DNA from: Octopus bimaculoides
Lineage: Eukaryota
Direction: 5' to 3'
Assembly (NCBI RefSeq): GCF_001194135.2
Contig: NC_068983.1
Location: forward strand, 123,297,790 to 123,351,430
DNA: 53,641 bases
Below, piece after piece: positions 12,101 through 25,083 of this stretch (positions are counted from its first letter, which is position 1; the number at the start of each line of letters is the position of its first letter). The notes beneath the pieces are model-generated. The model made no database searches. It was not told the DNA's origin and worked only from the letters and a program-made list of their open reading frames with translations. The translations under genes and the position numbers were made by a program.

Positions 12101-15100
12101 AATAATAACTTCTCTAGTGCTAGTGACACAATAAAGTGCACCCAGTCACTGAGAAGAAGGGCACAGAGCTGCATAAGCCTCGCCAAAGAAAAGGAACAAA
12201 TGGAAATGTGGTCTCCATAAACAAGAGTACAGTCAATATGTATAACATGATAGTAACTTTGAATAAGAACTGATACAAGAAAGTGGGGCCTCTTTAGTTC
12301 TGTCGCAAACAGACTCTTTAGTGCTGGTGGTATGATAGAATACAGTCAATTATGGTTGGTAAAAAAAAAAAGAATGTTATCAAAAAAGACAGAAAATGTA
12401 CATAAACAACAGAGATCAGCAATTTTCTCTATTGTATAGGGTCCGGCAAAATGATCTGACACATTTTTAGATTTAAAAAAATTTTTTTAAAGTAAAGAAA
12501 CAAAAAAAAATAATTTATTTTTGAAAAGTACATATAATGCCATTTTGTTTCATTTGGTTTTAAAAATTAAATCAGTCAAATGGGAGCCATCATTGTCCAN
12601 NNNNNNNNNNNNNNNNNNNNNNNNNNNNNNNNNNNNNNNNNNNNNNNNNNNNNNNNNNNNNNNNNNNNNNNNNNNNNNNNNNNNNNNNNNNNNNNNNNNN
12701 NNNNNNNNNNNNNNNNNNNNNNNNNNNNNNNNNNNNNNNNNNNNNNNNNNNATCTATTGAACAACTTAAAGATGCCATTTGTCAAGAAATTACTGCCATT
12801 CCTCATGAAATGATCCGCCGAGTTATGGACAACTTTCATGAACGCCTTCGACAGTGTGTGGACAATGACGGCTCCCATTTGACTGATTTAATTTTTAAAA
12901 CCAAATGAAACAAAATGGCATTATATGTACTTTTCAAATATAAAATTTTTTTTTGTTTCTTTAATTTATTTGCCTTTTATTAAACCTACAAATGTGTCAG
13001 ATCATTTTGCCGGACCCTATATATGTCAGATGACAAAGGACAGTGTCATGAAGGAAGATACTGTGAGAACAATCCACTTAGTTAAAAAGAAATGTTGACA
13101 TAAAATGTTGACATAAAATGATGATGATATATGCATACACATAACACACTTACTCACATATATATGAAAAACATTTTTTAATTAAAAATATAAAATAAAA
13201 TCATTTTATTAAAAAATCAAATAAACACAATGAAAGAGGATTTTTGTCAGCACTTTCACTGTCTTCAGCTGTACAAACACAAGTTTGTAAAACTGAAGGC
13301 AGCAGGTGTGCTTACATACAAAATCCTCCTTTATCAAATTTGTATTTACTTGGGGGTTTTCATGATTTTTTTGTTTTGATTTACTAACTTTTAAACTGAA
13401 ATTTTTTTTTTTTCAAATACTGTGAGTTATCAAGGAGATTTTCTTAAATTTTTAAATACACACATATGCACACACACACACACAAACTTTGATGTACAAA
13501 AGGGAGACAGAGCACTTAATTCACAAGCAGAGTTTGTTTATTATTGCTCAAAGCTGATGATTCAATTTGTTGATATTCAGAGAGAATAGCAATGTGCAGC
13601 TTTTCACCCAAATACCCATAGTGGTGTTCAGGTGAGAGTGCTTTGAATGAATAATATGTCTTCGTAGATAATGTGCATTAAAAGATTACTAACAACTTCT
13701 TTGGCAATGTTTTGGAAATTTTAGGTAATCATCGAGCAATCCCTGACCCAACCTCGTGTGCTCTTTGAACCTTTGATTGCTGCATTAAGAAGTATCCACT
13801 ATCATTTTTTAAACCATCTCTATATTTGGAACTATCCTATGTCATATGAAAATATGTGTACCTTGGTAAGTGTATTCTATTTCTATTTTGTATGGTACTC
13901 TCATGTGGTGTTGTGTCTGTGTAGCCCATTGCTTTGCAGTATGTGTTCTAGCTCTTTATGTTCTGAATCAAATTCAGCAAAGGTCAACTTTACCTGTCAT
14001 CCTTTTAGGGTTAATAAAATAAAGTACCTGTCAAATACTAGAGATGATGTAATCAACTAGCCTTCTCACCTCACAAATGCTGACATTGTGCTTAAGTTAG
14101 AAATGTTATCATTATCGTTGTTGTTGTGATGGTGGTAGGCTGAGGACCATACGGTTACCTTCAGCTGTGGATTTTAACAAAATATCAACTCCTTTTGGAA
14201 AAAATTCTTATAGATAAGTACTGGATAAGACTAACTGGGTCTGGTTGAATCTAATTTCATTGCTAGATTCCTGTCTGAAAGAGTCTAATTGTATTTTGAT
14301 TTTGAATTTGTGCTGAGTCAATTTTTTAATCCAATTTGGAAAATGGCAAGTGATGATAGAATAATAATGTTTGCAAAACGCTTGCAACGCAAAGAGATGG
14401 GAGGAGAGATAATATAACAGACTGTGTAAGAGAATGACAAATAAGAAGATAACATTTCTCAGTTGGAAATCACATTGGAAGATATAGAAAGCTATGAAGA
14501 TGAAATTTACAACAGCAGCAACAACAAAAACAGCAGTAACAATAATAACAACAGCTGTGATAACAACAACAATGTAACTACAAAAGCGGTCCGGTTGATT
14601 CACAGCAACTACAACAACACAGACATGAACTTTGTGAATGACAATGACAGTGACAACAAGGACAATGATAATCAGGCCACCACCACTAACAGTAGTACTG
14701 ACACATGTAGTTTCAATGGAGAGTATTTTCTGTTTCTACAAAGCTGACCAAACATTGTTAAAACTATTGCTAATACCACCACCACTTCAAATGTGGTAGC
14801 CATTTCTGTCACCTCTCAAAATGTAAACAAGAATAACAAATTACAGAAAACATGAGATCCAACTGAATGAAATAAAAGGTTGTACTGTGGAAAGGGAGAA
14901 GAGTTTTGCTGGATACTGATAAATCAGGTATAGCTGATCATGTATAGTAAAATGGAGACCACCTCCCCATGTGGGATGAAGTTAAAATAATAGACAGAGA
15001 ACACCACTGGAAAATACGAAAACTAAAAGAAGCAGCACATATACTAGGACACAACAACCTCTTAAGCAGACCAAATGCAGATATGAATAGCATACAGGAA

Positions 15101-18100
15101 CTGGTATTAAAGAAGGATAGGAAAATATTAGATTTATAAGCCCTAAAATTCACCCCATAATTGCCCACAGGCGTATGGCATAGTGGTTAAGAGAGCGGGC
15201 TACTAACCCCAAGATTGCGAATTCAATTCCAAGCAGTGACCTGAATAATAATAATAATAATATCGAAAAATACCTTAGGAATGAGAACCCAGGTTCAAAA
15301 TTTCCCCAAGACACCTGATGAAGGCTAAAGGGTATATCAGCTAAAATGTCATGTTAACAACAAAGAAGATGAGGACAAATATCCGTCAAATGTAAATAGT
15401 GCAAATAATGTACATAATTCCTCATCTCTTAAATTTAGAACTGTATACAGAGAATTAAAGGGGAAATTTCTTTTTGATGATTTTTAGAACAAAAAATCCC
15501 AATAGGAATGCTTTACAAAGGCCTTTCAAAATTTTTCTCTTAACCAATGAGAAGTCTGGACCAACTGATTTTTTTTGACAACCAAGATGAATGACTTCTC
15601 TGACACGCATGGCTATCCTCAGAACCTTGTGTTCAAATGTGCATGGTTTGGGGTCAGCTTGGAAGCAAATGTCACTTGTTCATCAACCTCAGTTTGGTAA
15701 ACCTAAATGTAGCAGTCATCGATTAGACCAGGCTCTTTAGGGTGGACCACATACACTCGTACATTTTCAACAACTATGAGATATTCTCATCTTGTGATCT
15801 GTTGAGATCAAAATCCTTTAGATCTCAAGGTACAGACAATCAACCAAAAGGTAAATCAGTAGTCCTGGATATGAATGGTAGCAGAAGCAGTGCCTTTAGA
15901 CTAGTAGCAATCTGTGCTTCAGCATATGTGTATGTACACACACACACACACACACACAGGTATTTTGATTTATGCTAAATATTTTGCTTATTATCTTCAT
16001 TAATTCACACAGTTCTGTAAAAAAACTTTGCTATTTTGTTTCTGTAGACATTTTTTATGAACAAATATTATGAAGGATTAAAAACTATATATTTAATTGA
16101 CAACATCTTAACTTCTGAATCTTTACAGAGATTTATCAAGTAAGTATTGAATTGTGCCGTTTCTATGTTGATAGTAAATTTTATGATCTATTGTTGAAGT
16201 GCTGTTGGAAAATGTGGTGCATCTAGGGCAAATTAGCTTGGTCAAGCCAGAGCAAACAAACCTAGTCAAATGCCTATTAATTATTCAATGTCCTTACTGC
16301 TTAGGGAGGATATAGCAACTTATTTATGGTATGTGAGCCTCTTACACAGCTGGTCAATCTACAACAAACAGTTACCAAGTATTCATCAAATTACATCTTG
16401 AAAATTCAGAGACATATGGGATAATTTAGCTCTATGTATGCAATGTCCAAGAGAATGAAAGCTCAGTGGTCATCACTGGCCTGTCTTTGATCATGAGTCT
16501 CAATGAGGAGTGATTTAGGCCTTAGTAACAGCAACTTGTAGCTTGGTTAATTGCTTTGATCTGGAAATAATAAGTACATTGTATGTGTGACTATTAATTT
16601 TTCAATAAGTCAGAAAAAACAGGTACTCATACATTAGGTAATGGAGTGGGTGCATTATTCATACAGTGTTACAAATTAAGTCTCATGACAACCACTTAAT
16701 ATTATCAAATGTTTTTTTTTTTATTAAAGACCTTCCAAGTTTGGAAGAGTAATTTATCAGTCATCAGTCAGTAACTATATTATGATGGGAAGGTTGAGAA
16801 AACTTTGGTGAGCTTGGATATAAAATATTTTATATCCAAGCTCACCAAAGCTTTCTCAATCTTCCCATCATAACTCAGTTACTGATGAGTTTTCATTTTC
16901 TAATACACTTCCCCCACTATGCCTAATAGTACGAATGACCAAATATTAAAGAGTTAAGTTGACTGTGTAAGTGGCCTTTATTAAATTTCAACACAAGATT
17001 TGGTTAGTATTTGACCTGAAAACAATGCAAATATTTTTTGTGTGATGACCCAATTACAAACCTTAATATTTTAACAACTGTCCTTTCTTTAATTTCAATC
17101 ATCCTCTGCCCTTTTTCCTATCGAATGCCTCCCTTCCTCTACTCTTTCTATTCCTTCCTCTCTTTTTTCTTTCCTTCTTTTCACTTTCTTTCACTTCCCT
17201 TCCAAATCATCACTTCTCTTCCCCTTTCCTCTTCCACTTACCTTATACCAATTCTTATTGTCTCTCTTCACCCCCTTCCATGCCTGTACCATTCCTTCAG
17301 TGTTCTGCTTTGTTATAACCAGAAATGACTCTGACAAAAGTAGCATTAATTGTTTAGATCATTCAATTTTTCCCAACTGATAAACTAGACCAATAAGTAA
17401 ACCTTTCAGTAAAGTACCTATAAGGACTACTGCAAATATCTGCAAATCAAATTTACTGAAATAAAGAAATATATGTACTGACCATTATTTATAACTTCTC
17501 TTGTATATATATATATAGGAAAATGAAAAATAATAATAAGGCAGAATGCTAAACTGGTAGCATATTTTAATAAAGATTTCTAACCGGCTTTCATTGCATA
17601 GCAAATTTTCAAGAAGAGGGAGAATGAAAATGTTTTTTACAAAGAAGTACAAAATGAAGAAAATAATATATATAAAAAAATAAATATACCAATACATTAT
17701 ATTGTCTTTGAGCTTTTAAAGTTCAATGGTAATTCATGTACATAATGGTTGGAAAAATAAGGATGCATGAGAATTGAGAGTTGTGTTNNNNNNNNNNNNN
17801 NNNNNNNNNNNNNNNNNNNNNNNNNNNNNNNNNNNNNNNNNNNNNNNNNNNNNNNNNNNNNNNNNNNNNNNNNNNNNNNNNNNNNNNNNNNNNNNNNNNN
17901 NNNNNNNNNNNNNNNNNNNNNNNNNNNNNNNNNNNNNNNNNNNNNNNNNNNNNNNNNNNNNNNNNNNNNNNNNNNNNNNNNNNNNNNNNNNNNNNNNNNN
18001 NNNNNNNNNNNNNNNNNNNNNNNNNNNNNNNNNNNNNNNNNNNNNNNNNNNNNNNNNNNNNNNNNNNNNNNNNNNNNNNNNNNNNNNNNNNNNNNNNNNN

Positions 18101-19606
18101 NNNNNNNNNNNNNNNNNNNNNNNNNNNNNNNNNNNNNNNNNNNNNNNNNNNNNNNNNNNNNNNNNNNNNNNNNNNNNNNNNNNNNNNNNNNNNNNNNNNN
18201 NNNNNNNNNNNNNNNNNNNNNNNNNNNNNNNNNNNNNNNNNNNNNNNNNNNNNNNNNNNNNNNNNNNNNNNNNNNNNNNNNNNNNNNNNNNNNNNNNNNN
18301 NNNNNNNNNNNNNNNNNNNNNNNNNNNNNNNNNNNNNNNNNNNNNNNNNNNNNNNNNNNNNNNNNNNNNNNNNNNNNNNNNNNNNNNNNNNNNNNNNNNN
18401 NNNNNNNNNNNNNNNNNNNNNNNNNNNNNNNNNNNNNNNNNNNNNNNNNNNNNNNNNNNNNNNNNNNNNNNNNNNNNNNNNNNNNNNNNNNNNNNNNNNN
18501 NNNNNNNNNNNNNNNNNNNNNNNNNNNNNNNNNNNNNNNNNNNNNNNNNNNNNNNNNNNNNNNNNNNNNNNNNNNNNNNNNNNNNNNNNNNNNNNNNNNN
18601 NNNNNNNNNNNNNNNNNNNNNNNNNNNNNNNNNNNNNNNNNNNNNNNNNNNNNNNNNNNNNNNNNNNNNNNNNNNNNNNNNNNNNNNNNNATATATATAT
18701 ATATATAAAGGAGCTCCAACACCACCAGCAACAGCTGCAGCAACACCAACACTGCAGCTAGGGATGAATACTACACCAGCAACAGTGGAATTACTGGACC
18801 CACGTCCTGTAATAACACCACTGACAGCAGCATCAAAAATAACAGCAGCAATAACAACACCAGTATCAGGCCTGGGGGCCAATGGAAGAAGCACCAGAGG
18901 CAATGACACAACCAACACTCAAGTTTGGATATACATCGGTTCAGCAGGAACTGCCTTTAAGCAACACCTGTACGACTATAGGTCCCCTTTTAGGATTCTA
19001 GAATGATGTTACATCGCATTCCTGGCCGTCCATGTGTGGAACCTAAAGGATGAAGGAACTCCAAATGTAATTAAATGGAGGCTCGTAGAGCAGCCAGAGT
19101 CCTATATAAATAGGAGCAGACAATGCAAGTTTTGCATAGTAGAGTGAGCAAGGTTCCTAAAAGACCTCTTGATCCAGGGACCCTTTTAAACTCCAGAAAT
19201 AAAATCTACAGCTCTTGTCTGTATTTTAAATGCTACCTGCAGCAAGTGTGGAATTCTCCATTCATTGATTAGAGACTGGAACCAACTTAGGGGTGGAGAT
19301 TCCCCATTCGTCGATTAGGGCCATAAAAATTTGCTGACTGGACTGATCTAAAAGGAATAACCTTCCCTGCTTAAGGCTCAAACAATATATATCTTTCTGA
19401 TCGTAACAGTTTTCTATTTCCAATTTGAAAAGCAGTTATATGTCCACAGCCATTGGAATCTGACAAGTTGTCTCTAAGGCTAAGTGCTTTATGGATGTGA
19501 AACCATTGGTCAGTCTATGACTGGCCATATAATTAACTCCCTGAAAATACATTACTGCTCTAGCATTTAGAGTGTGCTTCTTTTTTTGATATATGATCTA
19601 CTGACG

Positions 19607-19650
<44 letters not shown>

Positions 19651-21110
19651 NNNNNNNNNNNNNNNNNNNNNNNNNNNNNNNNNNNNNNNNNNNNNNNNNN
19701 NNNNNNNNNNNNNNNNNNNNNNNNNNNNNNNNNNNNNNNNNNNNNNNNNNNNNNNNNNNNNNNNNNNNNNNNNNNNNNNNNNNNNNNNNNNNNNNNNNNN
19801 NNNNNNNNNNNNNNNNNNNNNNNNNNNNNNNNNNNNNNNNNNNNNNNNNNNNNNNNNNNNNNNNNNNNNNNNNNNNNNNNNNNNNNNNNNNNNNNNNNNN
19901 NNNNNNNNNNNNNNNNNNNNNNNNNNNNNNNNNNNNNNNNNNNNNNNNNNNNNNNNNNNNNNNNNNNNNNNNNNNNNNNNNNNNNNNNNNNNNNNNNNNN
20001 NNNNNNNNNNNNNNNNNNNNNNNNNNNNNNNNNNNNNNNNNNNNNNNNNNNNNNNNNNNNNNNNNNNNNNNNNNNNNNNNNNNNNNNNNNNNNNNNNNNN
20101 NNNNNNNNNNNNNNNNNNNNNNNNNNNNNNNNNNNNNNNNNNNNNNNNNNNNNNNNNNNNNNNNNNNNNNNNNNNNNNNNNNNNNNNNNNNNNNNNNNNN
20201 NNNNNNNNNNNNNNNNNNNNNNNNNNNNNNNNNNNNNNNNNNNNNNNNNNNNNNNNNNNNNNNNNNNNNNNNNNNNNNNNNNNNNNNNNNNNNNNNNNNN
20301 NNNNNNNNNNNNNNNNNNNNNNNNNNNNNNNNNNNNNNNNNNNNNNNNNNNNNNNNNNNNNNNNNNNNNNNNNNNNNNNNNNNNNNNNNNNNNNNNNNNN
20401 NNNNNNNNNNNNNNNNNNNNNNNNNNNNNNNNNNNNNNNNNNNNNNNNNNNNNNNNNNNNNNNNNNNNNNNNNNNNNNNNNNNNNNNNNNNNNNNNNNNN
20501 NNNNNNNNNNNCACCACCGGCTGAGTATGCATGTGGAGACAGCCAAAAGAAGCATTTGACCCAGACTGCCTTCTTCCATCTGTTAAACATGGAGGAGGAT
20601 CTGTGATGATATATCTTGGAAATCCACCAGCCCAATGGTTTCCCTTCATGGCAGAATTAATAGTCAAGACTATCCAAGCATTTTATCTGGTCAAATTCAT
20701 CCTATGATTACGGAACTGTTTCTGGAAGGAAACGCAATCTTTCAGGATGATAATGCACCAATTCACACAGCTAAAGTTGTTATTGAATGGCATGAGGAAC
20801 ATTCTAGTGAAGTTGAACATCTTATCTGGCCACCACAGTCCCCAGATCTCAATATTATTGAACATTTATGATGCATTTTAGAAAAACAAGTAAGGAGTCG
20901 ATATCCTCACCATCATCACTACAAGAAATGGAGGCTGTTTTAGCTGAAGAATGGACAAAAATTCCTTTGGAAACAATTCAAACTTTGAAGAGTCCATACC
21001 TTGTAGAATTCAAGCTGTAATTACTGCCAAAGGGGATCCTGCCCCATATTAAAATAAATTTGTCTGAAATTTTAAGGTGTTTCCATTATTTTGTCCAACC
21101 CCTGTATATG

Positions 21111-21145
<35 letters not shown>

Positions 21146-23606
21146 AATAAACCATACAAGTGAAAGAATAGAAGAATTGAAGTTATAAATGCACAAAAAG
21201 TATATTAGTATTAATTTGAGTTATATTTACATTAGATTTTCAAAAGTGTGTAAGTATATGGAGCTGTTGCAAATTCTATCTATTCTGGTTGCTGTTATAA
21301 AGATAGTATGTTTTTAAAGTATGGAAGTGGCTCAGAATGCTATCCATTAATCTACAAATCGATTGGTCACATAAAAGTTTTTCTCCATTGAATATGTCAT
21401 ATGACAGTTATAAAATGAGATATGAATAAGTGATATAATAATTGTTCACCTTTACCTAAAAGTGCTATAGATAATTATTGATTATTATTCTGTCAAACAC
21501 TAATGTTAACATGTTCACTCCCATTGAACATGTTGAAATATATCCCTTCTTTATTAACAAGGTATGGGGTAAACAAGATAATGGAGTGTGGAGTAAATAA
21601 GATAGATGATAGCTGCTTCATAAATTCTGGTTTTCTTAAGTAGAGTGCAAGTAAACATTCTCCAGGGAGAAAAACTAGAAGTAGTTGATAGCTTCTGCTA
21701 CCTAGGTGACCAAGTTTGTAGCTGGGGAGGGTGTGCTGAAAGTGTGGCAAGTCTCATAAGTGATGGTAGCTACAGCAAAATAAGGAAAGACCCAACTCTG
21801 AAAACAGAGAGGAAGTTGTCACAGATCTTGATCAAGAACAAGGATCACTTTATACCAATGAAGTACAGACAGCTGACTCAACACTATAGTAAACTACTAC
21901 ACATGTACAGTCACCTTAAGATTCACAAGGATAGTATTCCATTAAAATCTATAGTGAGCTGTAGAGGTTCAGCATGTCATCCACTGAGCCACTTCCTTGT
22001 GGATATAATCAGTCCATTAGCAGGAAAGTCAACATTGTACATGAAGAATTCCATTTACTTCACAGAATTGATCAAGGATACCCCCATTGGATCCAACCAG
22101 ATGGTGAGTCTAGATATGATAAGTCTGTTCACCAAAGTCCCAACTAATGAAGCACTATCAGTAATTCAAGAAAAACTGGTAACAGACACCCATCTAAAAG
22201 AACGCATTAGTTTACCAATAGGAAACTTGATGGAAATGTTTACCTTCTGTGTAGAAACTACCTACTTCAATATGAACACTGATATATATCGACAAGAAGA
22301 GGGTTTAGCTATGGGTTTGCCATTATCACCAATAATAGCCAATACTTTGAAAATTTGGCTTTAGAATCAATGCCACTAAAACCAACACTATGGCTGCAAT
22401 ATGTTGATGACACCTTTATGCTCTGGCCCCCATCAGGAAGATGTCCAAGTACTGTTAGATCATGTGAACTCAATAAAGCCATTCATACAGTTAACAATGG
22501 AAAAGGGGGAAGACAATCAGCTAGCATTCCTGGACATATTAATAACATGCACCAAATATGGATCCAGGATATCTGTATACCGCAAGCCAACCTTCACAGG
22601 ACGATACCTCAACTTCAGTTTCCACTATCCATACAGTGTAAAGAGAGAGATTGCTCAATGCCTAAAACATTGAATAAAGAATATAACTAGCTATCTTGAT
22701 ACACACCATGAAGAAATGATCAAGCTAAGTAATAATCTATTAAGCAACAACTACCCGCAAAACATATATCCACTCCATTATGAAGAGAAGACCTCATAAC
22801 TGACCACAATTTGTCTACCCTATGTGAAAGGCCTCTCCGAAAAGATAGAAAAGATATGTGGCCCATATGACATCAGGAGAGTATTCAAGAGTAATACAAC
22901 ACTGCAAATATCTCCTTCGAGTAAAACCACCAATAGAAAAGATTATGATCAAAGACTGCATGTACTTGATCCCATGCAGCTGTGGTAGGTTATACAAAGG
23001 TGAAACATGCTGCCCCTCTCAAAATAAGGGTAGACGAACATTGCAAAGCTGTGAAACAGATATTGATAAATTAGGTATAGCTGATCATGCATGGAAAAAC
23101 GTAGACCACCTCCCCCTGTGGGATGAAGTTAAAATAATAGACAGAGAATACCACTGGAAAATACGAAAACTAAAAGAAGCAGCACATATGCTAGGACATA
23201 ATAACCTCCTAAGCAGACCGAGTGCAGATATGAACAGCATATGGGAACCGGTATTAAGGAAGGATAGGAAAATATTAGATTTATAAGCCCTAGAATTCAC
23301 TCGATAATTGCTCACGGGCATATGGCATAGTGGTTAAGTGCATGGGCTACTAACCCCAAGATTCTGAGCTTGATTCCAGGCAGTGACCTGAATAATAATA
23401 ATAATAACATTGGAAAAATTCCTTAGGAGTGAGAACCCAGGTTCGAAATTCCTCCAGGACACCTGATGAAAGCTGGAGAGTACATTAGCTGAAACATTGT
23501 TGACAACAAATGAGATGAGGACAAATATCCATCAAATGTAAATAGTGTAAATAATATATATATATGTATATATATTTTTTCATGTATATATTTGTATATG
23601 GGTGTT

Positions 23607-23662
<56 letters not shown>

Positions 23663-24424
23663 NNNNNNNNNNNNNNNNNNNNNNNNNNNNNNNNNNNNNN
23701 NNNNNNNNNNNNNNNNNNNNNNNNNNNNNNNNNNNNNNNNNNNNNNNNNNNNNNNNNNNNNNNNNNNNNNNNNNNNNNNNNNNNNNNNNNNNNNNNNNNN
23801 NNNNNNNNNNNNNNNNNNNNNNNNNNNNNNNNNNNNNNNNNNNNNNNNNNNNNNNNNNNNNNNNNNNNNNNNNNNNNNNNNNNNNNNNNNNNNNNNNNNN
23901 NNNNNNNNNNNNNNNNNNNNNNNNNNNNNNNNNNNNNNNNNNNNNNNNNNNNNNNNNNNNNNNNNNNNNNNNNNNNNNNNNNNNNNNNNNNNNNNNNNNN
24001 NNNNNNNNNNNNNNNNNNNNNNNNNNNNNNNNNNNNNNNNNNNNNNNNNNNNNNNNNNNNNNNNNNNNNNNNNNNNNNNNNNNNNNNNNNNNNNNNNNNN
24101 NNNNNNNNNNNNNNNNNNNNNNNNNNNNNNNNNNNNNNNNNNNNNNNNNNNNNNNNNNNNNNNNNNNNNNNNNNNNNNNNNNNNNNNNNNNNNNNNNNNN
24201 NNNNNNNNNNNNNNNNNNNNNNNNNNNNNNNNNNNNNNNNNNNNNNNNNNNNNGTCTATCAGTCTGTCAGACTAGCCTGTAATTTTCTGCATTTTTGTGC
24301 AGCTGAAGATTGCTCTTCATATTGCATTTAATGTAATGCTCGCATTACTTAAATAAATTGGAGTAGCATGAAACGTGCGTACTGCAATCACCTTTGAAAT
24401 CCGTGTTGCTTATTTTTTTGATTT

Positions 24425-24479
<55 letters not shown>

Positions 24480-25035
24480 ATGAAAAGATGAACACAGCAG
24501 GTTATAAGATGCTTTGAGACCTGTCTAACTCTTGCTAACTTGGGGAAATTGAGTAGCGGCAGTGGTAGTGGTTACAATGATGATGACAATGATTATGATT
24601 CTCTGTAGAATTAGCGTGAAATCCCCAGCAAACCCTGTTTCAGCAACTATTTTATTTACTCTGCTTATCCATGCAAGAAACTGAATCATTATTAAAGTTT
24701 TCCTTCCATGTGGTAAACCAATTTATTCCATTTTTCAACTGATTATACTCACTATTTAGGGATCAAATCTTATATTTGTATGAATTCATTTTGTTCTTTA
24801 AATTTAAAGCTTTTGTATATTACACAAATCAATTTTTTCCTCCATATATGCATTTATTTTTTAGATATCTCCCTGTATGCACATCTCTAACTGAAGTTTG
24901 CTTAGATTATAATGAGTAAGTAATATTATTTCACATTTCAACAAGAATCACTTCAGTTCAGGATTTTTGTTAACATTGGGTATTTTTTTTTGTCAGTATT
25001 CAATACACAGTTTCAGAGAGTCTCATAGAGCACAG

Positions 25036-25083
<48 letters not shown>

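Noticed and set aside
14463-14747. Asn-rich 94-aa ORF in LRR intron 2
   Set aside because: Derived from (AAC)n/(GAC)n low-complexity DNA; no splice context compatible with the gene model and no recognisable domain.
15170-15240. tRNA-like sequences (also 23316, 28662, 34477, 46951) as tRNA genes
   Set aside because: They have A/B boxes but no acceptor stem, and they continue into repeat bodies; these are SINE or PLE heads.
18710-18920. Thr/Ala/Pro-rich reading frame after the gap
   Set aside because: Low-complexity (CAA/CAG/ACA) sequence attached to a decayed PLE endonuclease, not a host exon.
19445-19515. Possible hammerhead (ctgacaa...gaaac) downstream of the second PLE endonuclease
   Set aside because: The core is altered and I could not pair stems I and II.
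22665-22680. In-frame TGA in the PLE ORF as possible selenocysteine
   Set aside because: The context CLKH*IKN fits CGA-to-TGA deamination in a copy that is already frameshifted; no SECIS-like element was recognised.
17697-24331. Long ORFs (226-410 aa) in the track around 17.7-20.7 kb and 23.6-24.3 kb
   Set aside because: They consist almost entirely of X from N gaps and (AT)n; they are artefacts.
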